In this document: one piece after another, positions 41,993 through 44,278 of the stretch
How the letters are laid out: each line of letters opens with the position of its first letter
Position numbering within the stretch: position 1 is the stretch's first letter
Origin: a virus
DNA length: 44,278 bases
Direction: 5' to 3' (one strand)
Virus genome (UHGV): UHGV-0261880
Translations under genes and position numbers: made by a program
Notes under the pieces: generated by a model
Told to the model about the DNA's origin: nothing
Database searches by the model: none
The model's input: the letters and a program-made list of their open reading frames with translations, nothing else

Positions 41993-44113
41993 TTACCCAA
42001 TAACAGTCCCATCAGTAAGGCTTGTTGGCGGGGAACCAAATTTACGCACTAACTGATTTGATGAGTTTTTAAACAAATAGAATTTGCTACCAAATTCCAT
42101 GCATGGAATACCTGTTCCTGTGGTTGTAGCCAATCCGAGATTTGTTGCAATGAATGCCTTTCCATCGAAATTAATAATATTATTTACGTTATTTACCCCG
42201 TGGTAGTTTGAAATCGAACTAACCCAGTCTACAGCTGTAGTTTTTGGATTAGTAATGTTCAATGCATTTGCAGCTGCCGTCAGCGTGTCTATGCGCAGAT
42301 TGTCGATAGTTACTTTTCCGTAATTATCGATTATCCATGAAGTAGCTGGATTGCGTATATCGATGTTACGTCCTACAAACTCGCTAATGTTCTTTATTCT
42401 CGGAGCGGTTTTAATTCCGGTCAAGGTGCAAGTATAGTTCTCGACTTTGACGACCCCAAAGGTATCTCCTCCGTTAGTCGTGTTTATACTGAGAGCATTC
42501 TGCACGTTTTCACTTGTTACATTTAAAATTTTAGCATCAATTGCGCCAGAGTTCTCAATATTAACGTCAGTGTTAGCACCGTTTATGTACACACCATCGA
42601 GTGTAGCTTTACGAGTAAGTGGAGAGTTGCTCGGATACATGCTAATGATAAACCCCATCGTATTATGACGAACTGATGGGTCATCTTCATCCTCTACCGT
42701 ATTCTGGTGATAGATTCTTGTACCTTGCCCTATGTACACGTCATAGCTTCCAGATAGACGCATACCCCACTTGCCTTTCTTACTCCCGATATTGTTGCAA
42801 TATGCACCGAGAACAACCCCAGACGATATCTGGAATACAGGGCTGCCGTCAGAATTGTCTTCAGAGGTCATCAATATTGGCTCTCTCCAGCGGGATACCT
42901 GATATGACCCGCCAATTACCTTGAAGTTAGCGGTACTGTGGAAGGCCATGCCGTTACGGTCAGTGTCATAAGTGCGACAACGCGTCACCTGCACATCAGT
43001 ACAGAACTTAAACATTATCCCAGGTTGACCGCCACGAGAGCCATAAGCATTAACAACCGAGCAGTCAGTTAATTTAATGCGAGTGGCCTGGTGGAACCAG
43101 AAACCATTAAATGTTGACGTATCTACTGTTGTGTCCCACGTCACATTAGACTTATTACCATCAATAACAAGTCCATTTACGGTGATGTCATAATGCTCAG
43201 GGATACCTGCGTCATAAGTATACGCCTTACGGTTGGTTATCCCGGTGGAAATGCTTGGGTAGTGACCGGGTTTTAATTTCAGCGTACATCCGTAAGCATT
43301 AATTGTTGTACCGGGCTTAACAATTAAAGGTGTCCCGTCCCAATAAATTGTTCGTGCGGGGAAAGCAATCGTCGAGGCTCCTGAATTTAGCGCGGCCTTA
43401 ATGGCTGCCGTATGATCCCCAGCAGTTTCCATTGCTGGAGTAATGAAGCTCTCTACGCTGACGTGTGCACCATACCCACGATGCCCATTGCCCTGTGAAT
43501 ACCAGTTACTATCTGGCGCGCTACCCGGTGCGATGCTAACTGGGAATGTGGACGCCCCCTTATATGCATACCAATTCCCATCAGCAGCCTGGGCCAGGTC
43601 GTTCGGGCCTGACACTGAACCACCGGCAGCAAAAGTAACACGTCTGGTAGTAGCAGTTTTGGCGTAGTCACTGTAGACGGTACCGCCAAAACTGCTACCG
43701 ACTATCTTATCGCCGTTGCTTTCTAAATCGTTTCTCAAATCAGGGTCCGTCTGAGGTTTCCAATCCGCATTACCCACAGGGTTAAAACCTGCTGGAACCG
43801 TAACAGGCAGAGCACCGGCGTACGAGTACCACGTCTTGCTTACAGGGTCATACACCACTTTGTCACGGTCATTAACTGTTAACGTACCGCCGGTAGAAAA
43901 GTCCCACGACACAGGAGAAAATCCAGCGTCACGCAACACGGCGGGGAGCGTTTTTTGGGTCTGGCCTGTAACAGGGTTGGTCGCGTAATCGATATTGGTA
44001 CCCCCAGCAACCCCGCCGGATTTGCCGGTGATAACCTCGGCCTCGAAAATCTGGTGCTTCTTGGCGGTTTGTAAATCCGCCAGGCTTAAAACGTCACCAC
44101 ATCCGCTTGACAT
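41993..44113 (-). CDS. Tailspike / tail fibre with right-handed beta-helix (pectate-lyase-like) central region
   Basis: 706 aa; central segment rich in short repeated Asn/Gly/Thr/Val turns (VIDGNKSNVTWDTTVDTS...VQVTRCRTYDTDRNGMAFHS...) typical of beta-helix depolymerases; AAAGAGGA RBS. Confidence 0.7.
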   Translation of the reverse strand: MSSGCGDVLSLADLQTAKKHQIFEAEVITGKSGGVAGGTNIDYATNPVTGQTQKTLPAVLRDAGFSPVSWDFSTGGTLTVNDRDKVVYDPVSKTWYSYAGALPVTVPAGFNPVGNADWKPQTDPDLRNDLESNGDKIVGSSFGGTVYSDYAKTATTRRVTFAAGGSVSGPNDLAQAADGNWYAYKGASTFPVSIAPGSAPDSNWYSQGNGHRGYGAHVSVESFITPAMETAGDHTAAIKAALNSGASTIAFPARTIYWDGTPLIVKPGTTINAYGCTLKLKPGHYPSISTGITNRKAYTYDAGIPEHYDITVNGLVIDGNKSNVTWDTTVDTSTFNGFWFHQATRIKLTDCSVVNAYGSRGGQPGIMFKFCTDVQVTRCRTYDTDRNGMAFHSTANFKVIGGSYQVSRWREPILMTSEDNSDGSPVFQISSGVVLGAYCNNIGSKKGKWGMRLSGSYDVYIGQGTRIYHQNTVEDEDDPSVRHNTMGFIISMYPSNSPLTRKATLDGVYINGANTDVNIENSGAIDAKILNVTSENVQNALSINTTNGGDTFGVVKVENYTCTLTGIKTAPRIKNISEFVGRNIDIRNPATSWIIDNYGKVTIDNLRIDTLTAAANALNITNPKTTAVDWVSSISNYHGVNNVNNIINFDGKAFIATNLGLATTTGTGIPCMEFGSKFYLFKNSSNQLVRKFGSPPTSLTDGTVIG

Positions 44114-44125
44114 ATAGAGTCCTCT

Positions 44126-44278
44126 TTAATTAAAGCCATTGCTGAATCCGTCGGAGAAACCGCTGCCGTATGGCGCGACGCCGTCGTATTTGTAGAATCC
44201 GTCGTCATAGTTGTAACCAGTAATCCTGACCGTGCGGTCGTCGCCCGGGTCGATTGAAGAAACAACTATCTTCTGAGC
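44126..44278 (-). CDS. 3' end of a minus-strand gene that starts beyond the right window edge (tail-fibre-like Gly/Tyr/Asp-rich C-terminus)
   Basis: Open minus frame ending in TAA just upstream of the tailspike RBS; translates ...VRITGYNYDDGFYKYDGVAPYGSGFSDGFSNGFN. Confidence 0.4.
   Translation of the reverse strand, partial: AQKIVVSSIDPGDDRTVRITGYNYDDGFYKYDGVAPYGSGFSDGFSNGFN

Overview
The window is about 44 kb of a tailed dsDNA phage genome (siphovirus-type, roughly 50% GC, enterobacterial-style codon usage and sigma70-like promoters). From 1 to about 29.2 kb it is transcribed mostly on the minus strand. Reading in the direction of transcription: a block of about 25 small early genes (29.2 to 22.3 kb) that includes an HslV-like Ntn hydrolase and a holin/endolysin cassette; then small and large terminase, portal, head-morphogenesis protein, an overlapped spanin pair, scaffold, major capsid protein, connector/neck proteins, major tail protein, a G/T-type tail chaperone pair with a probable -1 frameshift, tape measure, minor tail proteins, an NlpC/P60 K-like protein and the 5' part of a J-like tip protein that runs off the left edge. 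Two plus-strand insertions sit inside this structural block: a promoter-driven secreted protein followed by a phosphoesterase / HAD-phosphatase / dNMP-kinase-like trio and an HNH-AP2 endonuclease (6.9-10.1 kb), and a single promoter-to-terminator gene (16.9-17.3 kb). From 29.7 to 42 kb the plus strand carries a replication/recombination module (AlpA-like HTH, primase-helicase fusion, XRE regulator on the opposite strand, Cas4-like nuclease, SSB-like protein, proofreading family-A DNA polymerase, VRR-NUC nuclease, second HNH-AP2 endonuclease, SNF2-like helicase, Toprim protein), followed by a minus-strand beta-helix tailspike and the 3' end of another minus-strand gene at the right edge. The most distinctive non-genic signal is a palindromic element (core AATAG-N4-CTATT) embedded in at least seven promoter-like sites on both strands, including two copies beside the XRE gene. 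No rRNA, tRNA or CRISPR array was recognised. All functional calls come from reading the translated ORFs for motifs; no database search was run. Coordinates of features not in the supplied ORF track are approximate (within about 2 nt), and my manual indexing is off by one nucleotide somewhere beyond about 42 kb.
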